Assembly (NCBI GenBank): GCA_963715985.1
Contig: CAVQSP010000013.1
Span: forward strand, 544,001-608,000
Direction of reading: 5' to 3'
Length of the DNA stretch: 64,000 nucleotides
From: an uncultured Thermoleophilia bacterium
GTDB taxonomy: Bacteria; Actinomycetota; Thermoleophilia; UBA2241
A program made the translations under genes and the position numbers. Positions 30,066 through 39,341 of the stretch are shown here, piece by piece. Position 1 is the stretch's first letter; every line of letters starts with the position of its first letter. A model generated the notes under the pieces. That model did not search any database. It saw only the letters and a list, made by a program, of their open reading frames with translations, and was not told the origin of the DNA.

Positions 30066-30569
30066 GCCGCACCCTCTACATCGTGGACGGCTACAACGTG
30101 CTGCACGCGCTCTTCCGCGGCGTGGGCAGGGAGGAGCTCTTCGCGCGCCGCGACTGGCTGGCCGACAGGCTGGCCGACTTCGCGGCGCTCACAGGGCGCG
30201 AGGGCCGTGCTGGTCTTCGACGGGCACGGCCCCGAGAGCACGACCAGCGTGCCCGTGAAGGGCGGGCCCCTGGAGGTGCGGTTCGCGGGCGGTGCCTTCA
30301 CGGCCGACACCTTGATCGCCCGCCTCATCGCCTCCTGCGAGGCCGACGTGCACGCGGTGGTCGTGTCCGCCGACCAGGAGGTCCAGCGCACCGCCACACG
30401 CGCCGGTGTGAGCCGCATGACGCCGCAGGAGCTGGGCGCCGAACTGCGGGTCCGCGACGAAGTACTTGATTCTTCCAGCGAAGCAAGTACAATGCCCTCG
30501 CGGCTTGAGGATAAAGTAGACCCTGAGACTTTGCGCAAGCTGGAGGAGATGCGCAACAAGCCACAGTAG
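30062..30569 (+). CDS. NYN-domain ribonuclease (YacP/Rae1-like); frameshift near 30200
   Basis: YIVDGYN, LVFDG, TADTLI, VVSAD; rlmB-yacP-sigH synteny. Confidence 0.8.
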
Positions 30570-30632
30570 CCACCCGGAGCCTCCCAGGCCTCGGGTTTTG
30601 CAGGGGTTAATACTTGGAGGTGGGGGCAAGGA

Positions 30633-31310
30633 ATGGCGCGCCAGGCCGACCACAGTCGTACGGCGGGATCCTCTCACAACCCTCAACCATACAGCGAGAG
30701 TGCGGACTTCGCCCTGGTCCAGGCATACCGGCGGGGCAACCGGGCCGCACTCGAGGCACTCATGCTCCGCTACCACCAGTTCGTGCGTCTCAAGGCGAGC
30801 TCGTACTTCCTGGCCGGCGGCGACGCCGAGGACCTCATCCAGGAGGGCATGCTGGGCCTCTACAAGGCGGTTCGGGACTACCGTGACGACCGCCTGGCCT
30901 CCTTCCGCAGCTTCGCGGAACTGTGCATCACACGCCAGATCATCACGGCCATCAAGACGGCCACGCGCCAGAAGCACGTGCCCCTCAACGGCTACCTGTC
31001 GTTCAGCCAGTCGCCCGGCGACGCCTCAGACGACGGCGACTGCTCGCTGGGCGACGTCCTGCCCGGCCCCAGCACTCACGATCCGGTGAACCAGGTCATC
31101 AGCTCCGAAGAAGTGGACAGCCTCACCGGTTGCCTCACGCGCATGCTCTCGGACCTCGAGGGCCGGGTGCTGCGCCTCTACCTGCAGGGGCTCAGCTACG
31201 AGCGCATCGCCAACGAGCTGGAGTGCGACTGCAAGACCGTGGACAACGCCCTGCAGCGCATCAAGCGCAAGGTCGACCTGCACCTGGAGAGCCGCAAGGT
31301 CCTGGGCTGA
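30633..31310 (+). CDS. sigH: RNA polymerase sigma factor, SigH family
   Basis: YFLAGGDAEDLIQEGMLGLYKAVRDY, FAELCITRQIITAIKTATRQKH.PLN, KTVDNALQRIKRK. Confidence 0.92.
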   Translation: MARQADHSRTAGSSHNPQPYSESADFALVQAYRRGNRAALEALMLRYHQFVRLKASSYFLAGGDAEDLIQEGMLGLYKAVRDYRDDRLASFRSFAELCITRQIITAIKTATRQKHVPLNGYLSFSQSPGDASDDGDCSLGDVLPGPSTHDPVNQVISSEEVDSLTGCLTRMLSDLEGRVLRLYLQGLSYERIANELECDCKTVDNALQRIKRKVDLHLESRKVLG

Positions 31311-31381
31311 TCGGCGGATGAGCCGGGCCGGCCGGCCCGGAGCTGTGGGCGGGCCCGGCGCCAGAAGCGCCCGCCCTGCTT

Positions 31382-32473
31382 CTAGAACGTCATCAGGCTG
31401 ACGTCGTGTCCCTGCTGCTGCACGAGCAGCTTGAAGTCGTGCGGGTTGCTCGCCACCTGCGCCGCGTCGCTCAGCGTGATCAGACCGTCCTCGTACAGCT
31501 TGAGCAGCGCCTGGTCGAACGTCTGCATGCCGTAGAAGTCGCCTTCCTTGATGGCGTCGATGATGAGCATCGCCTGGTCCTGATCGAGGAGGAAGTCGCG
31601 GATACGGTTGGTCGTGATCATGATCTCGATGGCCGGCACGCGGCCGCTGCCGTCGGCCTTGGCCAGGAGCCTCTGGGAGACGATGCCTTTGAGCGTGCCC
31701 GCGAGCATGATGCGCACCTGCTTCTGCTGGTGCAGCGGGAAGAAGTCGATGATGCGGTTGATGGTCTCCGTCGCGTCGATGGTGTGCAGCGTGCTCATCA
31801 CGAAGTGGCCGGTCTGCGCGGCAGTGAGCGCCGCAGAGACCGTCTCGGTGTCGCGCATCTCGCCGATGAGGATGTCGTCCGGGTCCTGACGCAGCACGTA
31901 CTTGAGGGCCGAGATGTAGGAGTCGGTGTCGAGGCCGATCTCGCGCTGGTTGATGATCGACTTCTTGTCCTTGTGCAGCACCTCGATGGGGTCCTCGATG
32001 GTGACGATGTGGCGGCGCAGGGTGTTGTTGATGTGGTCGATCATGGCCGCCAGCGTCGTGGTCTTGCCCGAGCCGGTCGTCCCCGTGACGAGGACGAGGC
32101 CGCGGGGCTCGAGGGCGAGCCGCTTGAGGATCTCCGGCAGGTGCAGCTCCTCGAACGACGGGATCTTGGTGGTGACCTGGCGCATGGCGATGCTGATGCT
32201 GCCGCGCTGGCGGAACACGTTGACGCGGAAGCGCCCCAGGCTGACGGCGGAGTAGGCGAAGTCGATCTCGTTGTGCTCGCTGAACCGGCGGATCTGCTTG
32301 TCGGTCATGATGGACGCCGCCACGTCCTTGGTGTCTTCGGGCGTAAGGGGGGGATCGTCCATCAGGGAGAGCTCGCCGTCCACGCGCATCACGGGCGGGC
32401 TGCCCGCCTTGATATGAAGGTCCGACGCGTTGCGCGCCATCATGTCGCCGAGCAGTTCGTCGATGGGTCTCAC
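31382..32473 (-). CDS. pilT: Type IV pilus retraction ATPase
   Basis: ASDLHI, GTTGSGKTTT, TIEDPIE, LRQDPD..LIGEMRD, GMQTFDQ. Confidence 0.93.
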   Translation of the reverse strand: MRPIDELLGDMMARNASDLHIKAGSPPVMRVDGELSLMDDPPLTPEDTKDVAASIMTDKQIRRFSEHNEIDFAYSAVSLGRFRVNVFRQRGSISIAMRQVTTKIPSFEELHLPEILKRLALEPRGLVLVTGTTGSGKTTTLAAMIDHINNTLRRHIVTIEDPIEVLHKDKKSIINQREIGLDTDSYISALKYVLRQDPDDILIGEMRDTETVSAALTAAQTGHFVMSTLHTIDATETINRIIDFFPLHQQKQVRIMLAGTLKGIVSQRLLAKADGSGRVPAIEIMITTNRIRDFLLDQDQAMLIIDAIKEGDFYGMQTFDQALLKLYEDGLITLSDAAQVASNPHDFKLLVQQQGHDVSLMTF

Positions 32474-32573
32474 GTTGCAGCCCCAGAGTCGCTTGCGGTT
32501 CCACTCACCTTCTTCGGCAAGTGACGGGAAAACCATACACCTTCGCGCCCGCCCGAGGCGCGGCAGATGTTGC

Positions 32574-32699
32574 GACTAGCCAACGCAGCCCGGGCTGAGC
32601 GCCTCGCGGCCCGCCAGGGCCCCGCGCGAGGCGGACTAGCCAACGCAGCCCGGGCTGAGCGCCTCGCGGCCCGCCAGGGCCCCGCGCGAGGCGGACTAG
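32574..32699. repeat. Perfect 60-bp tandem duplication containing a hairpin
   Basis: GACTAGCCAACGCAGCCCGGGCTGAGCGCCTCGCGG...CGCGAGGCG twice plus a third GACTAG. Confidence 0.92.
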
Positions 32700-33730
32700 A
32701 AGCGTCCGCCGATCCAGGCGTCGCGGCCCGTGAACGTGCCGTAGCGCACCACGTCGCCGGTGTGCGGCGCCTCGATGCAGGTCGTCCCGCCCACGAAGAT
32801 CGCCACGTGGTGGCTGAAGCTGGCGTTGCCGAAGAAGATGAGGTCGCCCGGCCGTAGGTCACTGAGCGGCACGGGGACGCTCGCGCGCTGCTGGTCGGTG
32901 GCTCCGTGGGACAGTTGGATGCCGATCTGCGCGTAGCAATACATCGTCAGGCCGCTGCAATCGAAGCCGCCGGTGCCGGCGCCGCCCCACACGTACGGCA
33001 CGCCGAAGTAGCGCTGGGCGATGGCCACGATCTCGGGGTGACCCGGGCTGTTGGGGTCGACGTTGGGGATGGGGCCGTTGTAGCCCTGCAGGGCGAGCTT
33101 GGCACGCAGCGCGGCCTGCGCCTGCATCTTCTTGATCTGCTTCTTGAGGCCGCGGGTCATGCTCTCGAGGTCGGCCTCGAGACTCGCGATGCGGTCCTTC
33201 TCGGCGGCCCGCTCTACGACGAGTAGGGCTGCCTGCTTCTTGTCGGCCCTGAGTCTTACGCGCCGGTCCTTGATGTTGCGGCGGTACTTGGCGATGGCCT
33301 TGACGGTGTCCACGTCGCTGTTGCCGAGACGGTTCATCATGTCGAGCTGCGTGATCAGCTCGTCGAAGCTGTCCGCCGCGAAAAGGACGTCCACCACTCC
33401 GACGTCGCGCGCCTTGTAGATGTTGCGGGCGCGCGCCTTGAGCTGCTTGTTCGCGGTCCGCAGGTCGTGTTCTGCGGCGTCCAGGAGCCGCTGGTTCTGG
33501 TGGATCTTCTCGTTGACGGTGTCGAGTTGCGCGGACGCCTGGTTGTACTTCTCGGTGGCGATCTCAGCCTGCGTGTAGGCGGTCTGCAGGCGGGCCTGGA
33601 CGGCCTTGAGCCTGGCCTTCTTCTGGGCGATGGGCGACGCGGACGCACCGGCCGCGAAGAGGAGTGAGATGACGAAGACGCCGGCGAGCACCGCCAGAAT
33701 GAGTCGTCGCCGGGAGGACGTGCTTGTCAC
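32696..33730 (-). CDS. Secreted coiled-coil NlpC/P60 peptidoglycan endopeptidase
   Basis: Signal peptide, coiled coil, GVPYVWGG, FDCSG, HHVAIF. Confidence 0.9.
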   Translation of the reverse strand: MTSTSSRRRLILAVLAGVFVISLLFAAGASASPIAQKKARLKAVQARLQTAYTQAEIATEKYNQASAQLDTVNEKIHQNQRLLDAAEHDLRTANKQLKARARNIYKARDVGVVDVLFAADSFDELITQLDMMNRLGNSDVDTVKAIAKYRRNIKDRRVRLRADKKQAALLVVERAAEKDRIASLEADLESMTRGLKKQIKKMQAQAALRAKLALQGYNGPIPNVDPNSPGHPEIVAIAQRYFGVPYVWGGAGTGGFDCSGLTMYCYAQIGIQLSHGATDQQRASVPVPLSDLRPGDLIFFGNASFSHHVAIFVGGTTCIEAPHTGDVVRYGTFTGRDAWIGGRF

Positions 33731-33857
33731 TCTGTCGGGTCCTTTCGAGCGCGGCCGCAGGGGGACGCGCGATGTGCTCGGGAGGTGCGGGTGCTGACAG
33801 TATTCGAGCCCGGGCGGCGGCTCCCTGCGGGAGCCGCCGCCCGGGCTCGCTCAGCTT

Positions 33858-34922
33858 CTAGAAACGACCGCCGATCCAAGCGCCGCTGATGGAGCCGTAG
33901 CTCACCACGGCACCTGTATGTGGGGCGTGGATCATGCTGCCGCCGCCGACGTAGATGCCGACGTGGTAGCTGTAGCCTGCGCTGCCGAAGAAGACGAGGT
34001 CGCCGGGCTGCAGCGCGCTGATCGGCACCGGCGTGCTGGCGCGCTGCTGGTCGGTGGCCCCGTGGGAGAGGCCGATGCCGAGCTGCGCGTAGACGTACAT
34101 GGTGAAGCCTGAACAGTCGAAGCCGCTGGGGCTGGCGCCGGCCCACACGTAGGGCACGCCGAGGTAGCGCTGGGCGATGGCCACGGCCGAGGAGCGGCCG
34201 GAGCCGCCCGGATCGGGCACGGAACCGCCGCCGCCAGTGAAGCCGCCGGTGCTGCCGCCACTGCTGCTGGCCGCCTCGGCGGCCTGCGCTGCGGCCCTTG
34301 CGGCCGCGGCGGCCTGCTGCTGCAGCCGCTGGATGTCGTTCTTGAGGCCGGCCGTCATGCTCTCGAGCTGGTTCTGCAGGCTGAGGACCTCGTTCTTCTG
34401 GGTCTCGCGCTCGGCGACCAGCCTGGCGGCGGCCTTCTGGTCCGCCTCCAGCTTGACGCGGCGGTCCTTGATGTCGCGCTTGTACGCGGCGATGGACTTC
34501 ACGGTGTCGACGTCGCTGTTGCCCAGGCGCTCCATGAGGTCGAGCTGGGTGACCAGCTCGTCGAAGCTGCTGGAGGCGAAGAGGACGTCGACGATGCCCA
34601 CGTCACGCGACTTGTAGATGCTCTCCACACGAGACTGCAGCTGGGCGTTGGCGACGTCGAGGTTGTACTTGGCGACCTTGAGGAGGCGCTGGTTCTGGCC
34701 GATCTGCTGCTGCACGGTGTGCAGCTGGCTGCTGGCCTGATTGAACTTCTCCACGGCCATGTCGGCCTTGTGGTACACGTCCTGGAGCTTGGCCTGGACG
34801 GCAGCCAGCTTGGCCTTCTTTTGGGAGATCGGGGAGGCGGAAGCCTGAGACGCAAGAGCGAGGGTGAAGAGGAGGGCGGAGAGGATGACGAGGATGACTG
34901 CGTGTCGTCGTCTACCGTTCAC
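33858..34922 (-). CDS. Secreted coiled-coil NlpC/P60 endopeptidase (tandem paralog)
   Basis: LGVPYVWAG, GFDCSG, YHVGIY, IHAPHTG; strongly similar to neighbour. Confidence 0.9.
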   Translation of the reverse strand: MNGRRRHAVILVILSALLFTLALASQASASPISQKKAKLAAVQAKLQDVYHKADMAVEKFNQASSQLHTVQQQIGQNQRLLKVAKYNLDVANAQLQSRVESIYKSRDVGIVDVLFASSSFDELVTQLDLMERLGNSDVDTVKSIAAYKRDIKDRRVKLEADQKAAARLVAERETQKNEVLSLQNQLESMTAGLKNDIQRLQQQAAAAARAAAQAAEAASSSGGSTGGFTGGGGSVPDPGGSGRSSAVAIAQRYLGVPYVWAGASPSGFDCSGFTMYVYAQLGIGLSHGATDQQRASTPVPISALQPGDLVFFGSAGYSYHVGIYVGGGSMIHAPHTGAVVSYGSISGAWIGGRF

Positions 34923-34929
34923 TGCATCG

Positions 34930-35088
34930 CCTCCTTCGGGCGTGTCACGGGGGCGGACACGCTTGCTGAGGTGAGCCCTGAGTCACTGCTCCGGGTCTGA
35001 TCGAGCTTTCCGCCAGGGAAGAAGCTGCTCACCAAACTCAAGTACGAGACCCTATCATCAGACCTCCGGCCTGACAACCATCCCGGGC
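34930..35088 (-). promoter_or_regulatory. Promoter plus structured 5' leader of the NlpC/P60 genes
   Basis: TTGTCA-17 nt-TAGGGT; GGTGAGC/GCTCACC closing stem and a GCGTGTC/GACACGC hairpin next to AAGGAGG. Confidence 0.5.
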
Positions 35089-35103
35089 ACTCTCTTCGTC
35101 CGG

Positions 35104-36534
35104 TCACGACCGTCTGGACTCGCCGCCGGCGCTCACGCTGCGCACCGTCCCGGGCGGCGTGGGACGTGGCCACATGCGCTTGAGCGCCTTGATGAACGCC
35201 TTGTTGCGCTCGTCCTTGCGCCAGTTGCGGATGATGACCATGCCCCAGCCGTGGAAGAGCAGCTGCTTCGTGAAACGGAACGTGAAGATGTACTTGAGCC
35301 ACGTGCGCAACGAGTAGAAGCGCATGTAGCCGCGGAGCACCTCGATCTGCAGCTCGTACGGCGTCATGAGCTTGGGCTCGAAGACCACGTGGTGGGCATC
35401 GTAGAGCTCCCAGCGCTTGTCGAAGATGCGGCCCGCCGCGTCCAGCTCCTCGAACTGCGGCGTGCCCGGCAGCGGCGTGAGGATGTTGAGCATCACGGTG
35501 TCGATCTTGTTCTTGATGGCGAACGTCACCGTGTCGCGCACGGTCTGCACGGTGTCCGTGTCCGCGCCGAGCACGAACATGCCGTGGCTCTTGATGCCGA
35601 AGTCGTGAAGCACCTTGATGGCGCGCTCGATGTCCTCGACCGTCTGTGACTTCTCATAGCCGTCCAGGGTGGCCTGGTTGACCGACTCCAGGCCCAGGTA
35701 CACGAGCTCGCAGCCCGTGCGCCGCATGAGGTCGAGCAGCTCCGGGTCGCGGACCACGTCGGTGCGCACCTGAGCCGACCAGGGGATGACGAGGTTGCGC
35801 TCGACCATCATGGTGAGGAGCCGCTTGAGGCGCTTCTTGTCGGCCGCCATGTTGTCGTCGTAGAAGAAGATGCGCCTGGGGCGCTTGTCCTCCAGCTCGG
35901 CGATGACACTCTCGGCGCTGCGGAAGCGGTACTTGCGCCCGAACATCGCCGTCACCGAGCAGAAGTTGCAGGCGAACGGGCAGCCCCAGCTGGTCATGAT
36001 CGGCATCGTCTGCAGCCGCTCGTTGCCGACCAGCAGCGAGAGGTCGGGGAAGGGCAGCGTGTCCAGGTCGGTACAGCGCTCGCGCAGCGGATTATCCACC
36101 GTCTCGCCGTCGCGGCGGAACGAGAGCCCGCCCACGTCCTCCAACCGGCGCGAGCCGTCAAGCGCCTCGATGAGCTCGAGCATGAGCTCCTCGCCGCCCT
36201 CGCCGCGGGCCACGTAGTCGGCATGCCCCAGAGCCTCCTCCGCCATGAACGTGACGTGGGACCCGCCGATGATCACGGGGATGCCGCGGGCCCGAAGCTC
36301 GTCGGCGAACTGGAAGGCGGTGCTGGCCGTGGACGTGGTGCTCGAGAGGCCCACGAGGTCGGACGTGTACACGTCCTCCCAGTCGATGGGAGCCATGGTG
36401 GGGTTGTAGACGAGCACGTCGTGGCCGTGGCTCTTGAGGGTCGCCGCGATGATCGGCAGGCCGAGGCGCGGCAGGAGCACCTTGGCCCACACGTGCATGC
36501 CCGGGGGTTCAGGCTCGATGAGACGGATCTTCAT
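35104..36534 (-). CDS. B12-binding-domain radical SAM protein
   Basis: LPRLGLP, IGGSHVTF, ARGEGE, SWGCPFACNFCSV, FFYDDN, YLGLES. Confidence 0.88.
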   Translation of the reverse strand: MKIRLIEPEPPGMHVWAKVLLPRLGLPIIAATLKSHGHDVLVYNPTMAPIDWEDVYTSDLVGLSSTTSTASTAFQFADELRARGIPVIIGGSHVTFMAEEALGHADYVARGEGGEELMLELIEALDGSRRLEDVGGLSFRRDGETVDNPLRERCTDLDTLPFPDLSLLVGNERLQTMPIMTSWGCPFACNFCSVTAMFGRKYRFRSAESVIAELEDKRPRRIFFYDDNMAADKKRLKRLLTMMVERNLVIPWSAQVRTDVVRDPELLDLMRRTGCELVYLGLESVNQATLDGYEKSQTVEDIERAIKVLHDFGIKSHGMFVLGADTDTVQTVRDTVTFAIKNKIDTVMLNILTPLPGTPQFEELDAAGRIFDKRWELYDAHHVVFEPKLMTPYELQIEVLRGYMRFYSLRTWLKYIFTFRFTKQLLFHGWGMVIIRNWRKDERNKAFIKALKRMWPRPTPPGTVRSVSAGGESRRS

Positions 36535-36650
36535 GACGCTCCTTGAAACGGGGAGTGGGCCTTCGGGGATTTCGCGCGGGAGCGCTTCCACAACGAATAG
36601 CATACCGCACCGCACACGTGCGGCCGGCCGGCGTCCCGTGGGGCCGGCGA

Positions 36651-37643
36651 CTAGAAGAGCGACCTGATCGCCACGCCGGCGAGGTAGACGGCAGCGCCGA
36701 CGAGGCCGGCCGCCGGCAGCGTGAGGATCCACGCGGTGACGATGTTGCCGGCCACGCCCCAGCGGACGGCGGAGAGGCGCTGGGTGGAGCCCACGCCCAT
36801 GATCGAGGCCGTGATCGTGTGCGTGGTCGAGACGGGGACGCCGAAGTGCGTCGCGAGCTGGATGACGCTGGCGGCCGTCGTCTCGGCGGCGAACCCGTGG
36901 ATGGGGTCCAGCTTGATGACCTTGGATCCGAGGGTGTGGATGATGCGCCAGCCGCCGGAGTAGGTGCCCAGTGCCATGGCGATCGCGCAGACGATCTTGA
37001 CCCAGGCCGGGATGTAGAACGTGTCGATGGTGCCGCTCGCGAAGAGGGCGAGGGCGATGATGCCCATCGTCTTCTGGGCGTCGTTGGCGCCGTGGGAGAA
37101 GGCCATGAACCCCGCCGAGATGGGCTGGAGGCGGCGGAACCACGTGTTGACGGGCCCCTGCGCGCGCTTGCGCACCAGCCAGATCAGGCCCGTCATCAGC
37201 AGCCACGCGCCGACGAACCCGAAGAGCGGCGAGAAGACCATCGGCAGGATGATCTTGTCGAAGACTCCGCTCCAGATGACGCCGCTGACACCCGCACTGG
37301 CGATCATGGCCCCGATGAGGCCGCCGAAGAGCGCGTGGGAGGAGCTGGAGGGGATGCCGAAGCGCCACGTGATGAGGTTCCACGCGACGGCGCCGACGAG
37401 GGCGGCCGAGACGACCTGCAGGGTGACGAGGTCGGTGTTGACGATCCCTTCGCCCACGGTCTTGGCGACACTGGTGGACACCAGTGCGCCGAGCAGGTTC
37501 AGCCCGGCCGCCATCAGGATGGCGAAGCGCGGCGAGATGGCGCGCGTCGACACCGAGGTCGCGATCGCGTTGGCGGTGTCGTGGAAGCCGTTGGTGTAGT
37601 CGAAGACGAGCGCCAGGGCGACGATCGCGATGAGAAGGACCAC
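36651..37643 (-). CDS. pit: Inorganic phosphate transporter (PiT family)
   Basis: NGFHDTANAIAT, GIPSSSSHAL, HGANDAQK, PVSTTH. Confidence 0.93.
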   Translation of the reverse strand: MVLLIAIVALALVFDYTNGFHDTANAIATSVSTRAISPRFAILMAAGLNLLGALVSTSVAKTVGEGIVNTDLVTLQVVSAALVGAVAWNLITWRFGIPSSSSHALFGGLIGAMIASAGVSGVIWSGVFDKIILPMVFSPLFGFVGAWLLMTGLIWLVRKRAQGPVNTWFRRLQPISAGFMAFSHGANDAQKTMGIIALALFASGTIDTFYIPAWVKIVCAIAMALGTYSGGWRIIHTLGSKVIKLDPIHGFAAETTAASVIQLATHFGVPVSTTHTITASIMGVGSTQRLSAVRWGVAGNIVTAWILTLPAAGLVGAAVYLAGVAIRSLF

Positions 37644-37657
37644 GGCCCGGGCTCAGG

Positions 37658-38278
37658 TCAGTTGTGCTTGAGGACGATGCTCTCGATCACGTTGGCCACG
37701 TGCTCGCAGTCGTCGATAGCGCCTTCGAGGGTCTCGTAGATGTCCTTCCACTTGATGATGTCGGTGCACATGGTGTCGCCCTCGAACAGGCTCGCGATGG
37801 CCTCGCGCTCGATGCGGTCGCCGTCGTTCTCGAGGCTGTTGACGGCGATGATGCGCTCGTCGAGGCCCTTGGGCTTCTCCAGGTTGTCCATGCACTCGCG
37901 CAAGATGGGCGTCGCTTTGGCGATGACCTCGGCCTGGCGCTTGGCATACGTGGTGATCTCGTCGATGCGGTAGATGATCACGAGCCCCGCGGCCTCTTCG
38001 ATGCTGTCGAGGACCTCGTCGGCGGTGGCCACGAGGTCGTAGATGTCCTCGCGGTCGATGGGCGTGATGAACGACTTGTTGAGGCGGCGCACGATGTCGT
38101 GGACGATCTTGTCGCCCACGTGCTCGTGCTCGAGGATGGCCGCGGCGACCGACGAGCGACCGCTGCCGTCCTCGTTCATGAATCTCACGAGGAGCTGCGC
38201 CGCAGCATCGAGATTGGCGGCGAGCTCCGAGAACAGCCGGAAGTAGTCGTGTTCCTTCGGAACGAGGCTGAGTCTCAC
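37658..38278 (-). CDS. DUF47 phosphate transport regulator
   Basis: EHEHVGD, FITPIDREDI, LENDGD, IDDCEHVA. Confidence 0.9.
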   Translation of the reverse strand: MRLSLVPKEHDYFRLFSELAANLDAAAQLLVRFMNEDGSGRSSVAAAILEHEHVGDKIVHDIVRRLNKSFITPIDREDIYDLVATADEVLDSIEEAAGLVIIYRIDEITTYAKRQAEVIAKATPILRECMDNLEKPKGLDERIIAVNSLENDGDRIEREAIASLFEGDTMCTDIIKWKDIYETLEGAIDDCEHVANVIESIVLKHN

Positions 38279-38549
38279 ACGGGCTCCTTTCCCCTACCGT
38301 GCCCTGTGCCGCGGTAATGCTATCCGAATCGGGAGGCTGCGCAACCACGGCACGGGGCTCCGCGGGCGGCCGGAGGGGCCGGCCGCACGGTTGCGCGATT
38401 CTGTTCGATTCCGATAGCCTGCTGCGGCGCGCGCAGGGGCGGAGGGCTCCGGCGCGCCTGTGAACGGAGACCCGCCGCGCTGCGACGTCCGCGCCGCACA
38501 CGGCGGAGGTGAGCTTGAGGACCGGCGCGTGACCCGAGGAGGACCCCCC

Positions 38550-39202
38550 ATGTCCCAGCAGCTCTACGAGCAGATGAAGCAGAGCGTCATCGACGGCGAG
38601 GTCGAGGACGCCGAACGCCTCGCCCAGGAGGGCCTCGACGCCGGCCTGCCCGCCGGCGACATCCTCGACGCCGGTTTCGTGAAGGGCATCGAGGAGGTCG
38701 GCGAGCTCTTCGGGCGCGGCGAGTTCTTCCTCCCCGAGCTCGTGCAGGGGGCGGAGGCGATGAAGGCCGCGGTGCGCGTCCTGCAGCCCGCCCTCGACGC
38801 CTCCGGCGGCGGCCGCCAGGCGCTCGGCGTGGCCGTCGCCGGGACCGTGGCCGGCGACATCCACGAGATCGGCAAGACGATCGTCTGCAGCATGCTCTCC
38901 GCCGCCGGCTTCACCGTCACCGACGTGGGCTGCGACGTGCCCGTCGAGACCTTCATCGCGACCTGCAAGGAGACCAACGCCGACCTGCTCCTGCTCAGCG
39001 CCCTGCTGACCACGACGATGCCCAACCAGCAGAAGACGATCGCAGGCGCTGAAAGAGGCCGGTCTGCGCGACAAGCGTGAAGGTGATGATCGGCGGCGCC
39101 CCCACGACGCGGGCCTGGGCCGACGAGATCGGCGCCGACGGCTACGCCGAGGACGCCATCGAGGCGGTCGTCGCGGCGAAGGCGCTGCTGGGGGTGGAGT
39201 AG
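38550..39202 (+). CDS. Second methyltransferase corrinoid protein; two apparent insertions near 39040-39076
   Basis: GEFFLPELV, GTVAGDIHEIGK, SALLTTTM; shifted frames give ALKEAGLRDK and VKVMIGGAP..WADEIGADGYAEDA. Confidence 0.88.
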
Positions 39203-39341
39203 CAGCTCAGCGGGCAGCGGACCTGAAGCGACGTCCGAGGGGGCGGCGGCGCGGGAGCGCCGCCGCCCCCTCGGCCGTACGGGCTCCGGCGCCTCGCCGG
39301 TGATGTGTACCGGCGCCGCACTTTCGGTAGAGTGAGCGACG

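Noticed and set aside
30633-31310. Sporulation capacity from sigH and GerMN
   Set aside because: Both families occur in non-sporulators, and no spo genes are in the window
32574-32699. CRISPR array
   Set aside because: Contiguous tandem copies with no unique spacers and no cas genes
38400-38549. Cobalamin or lysine riboswitch before corrinoid protein 2
   Set aside because: GC-rich stems are present but no consensus elements recognised
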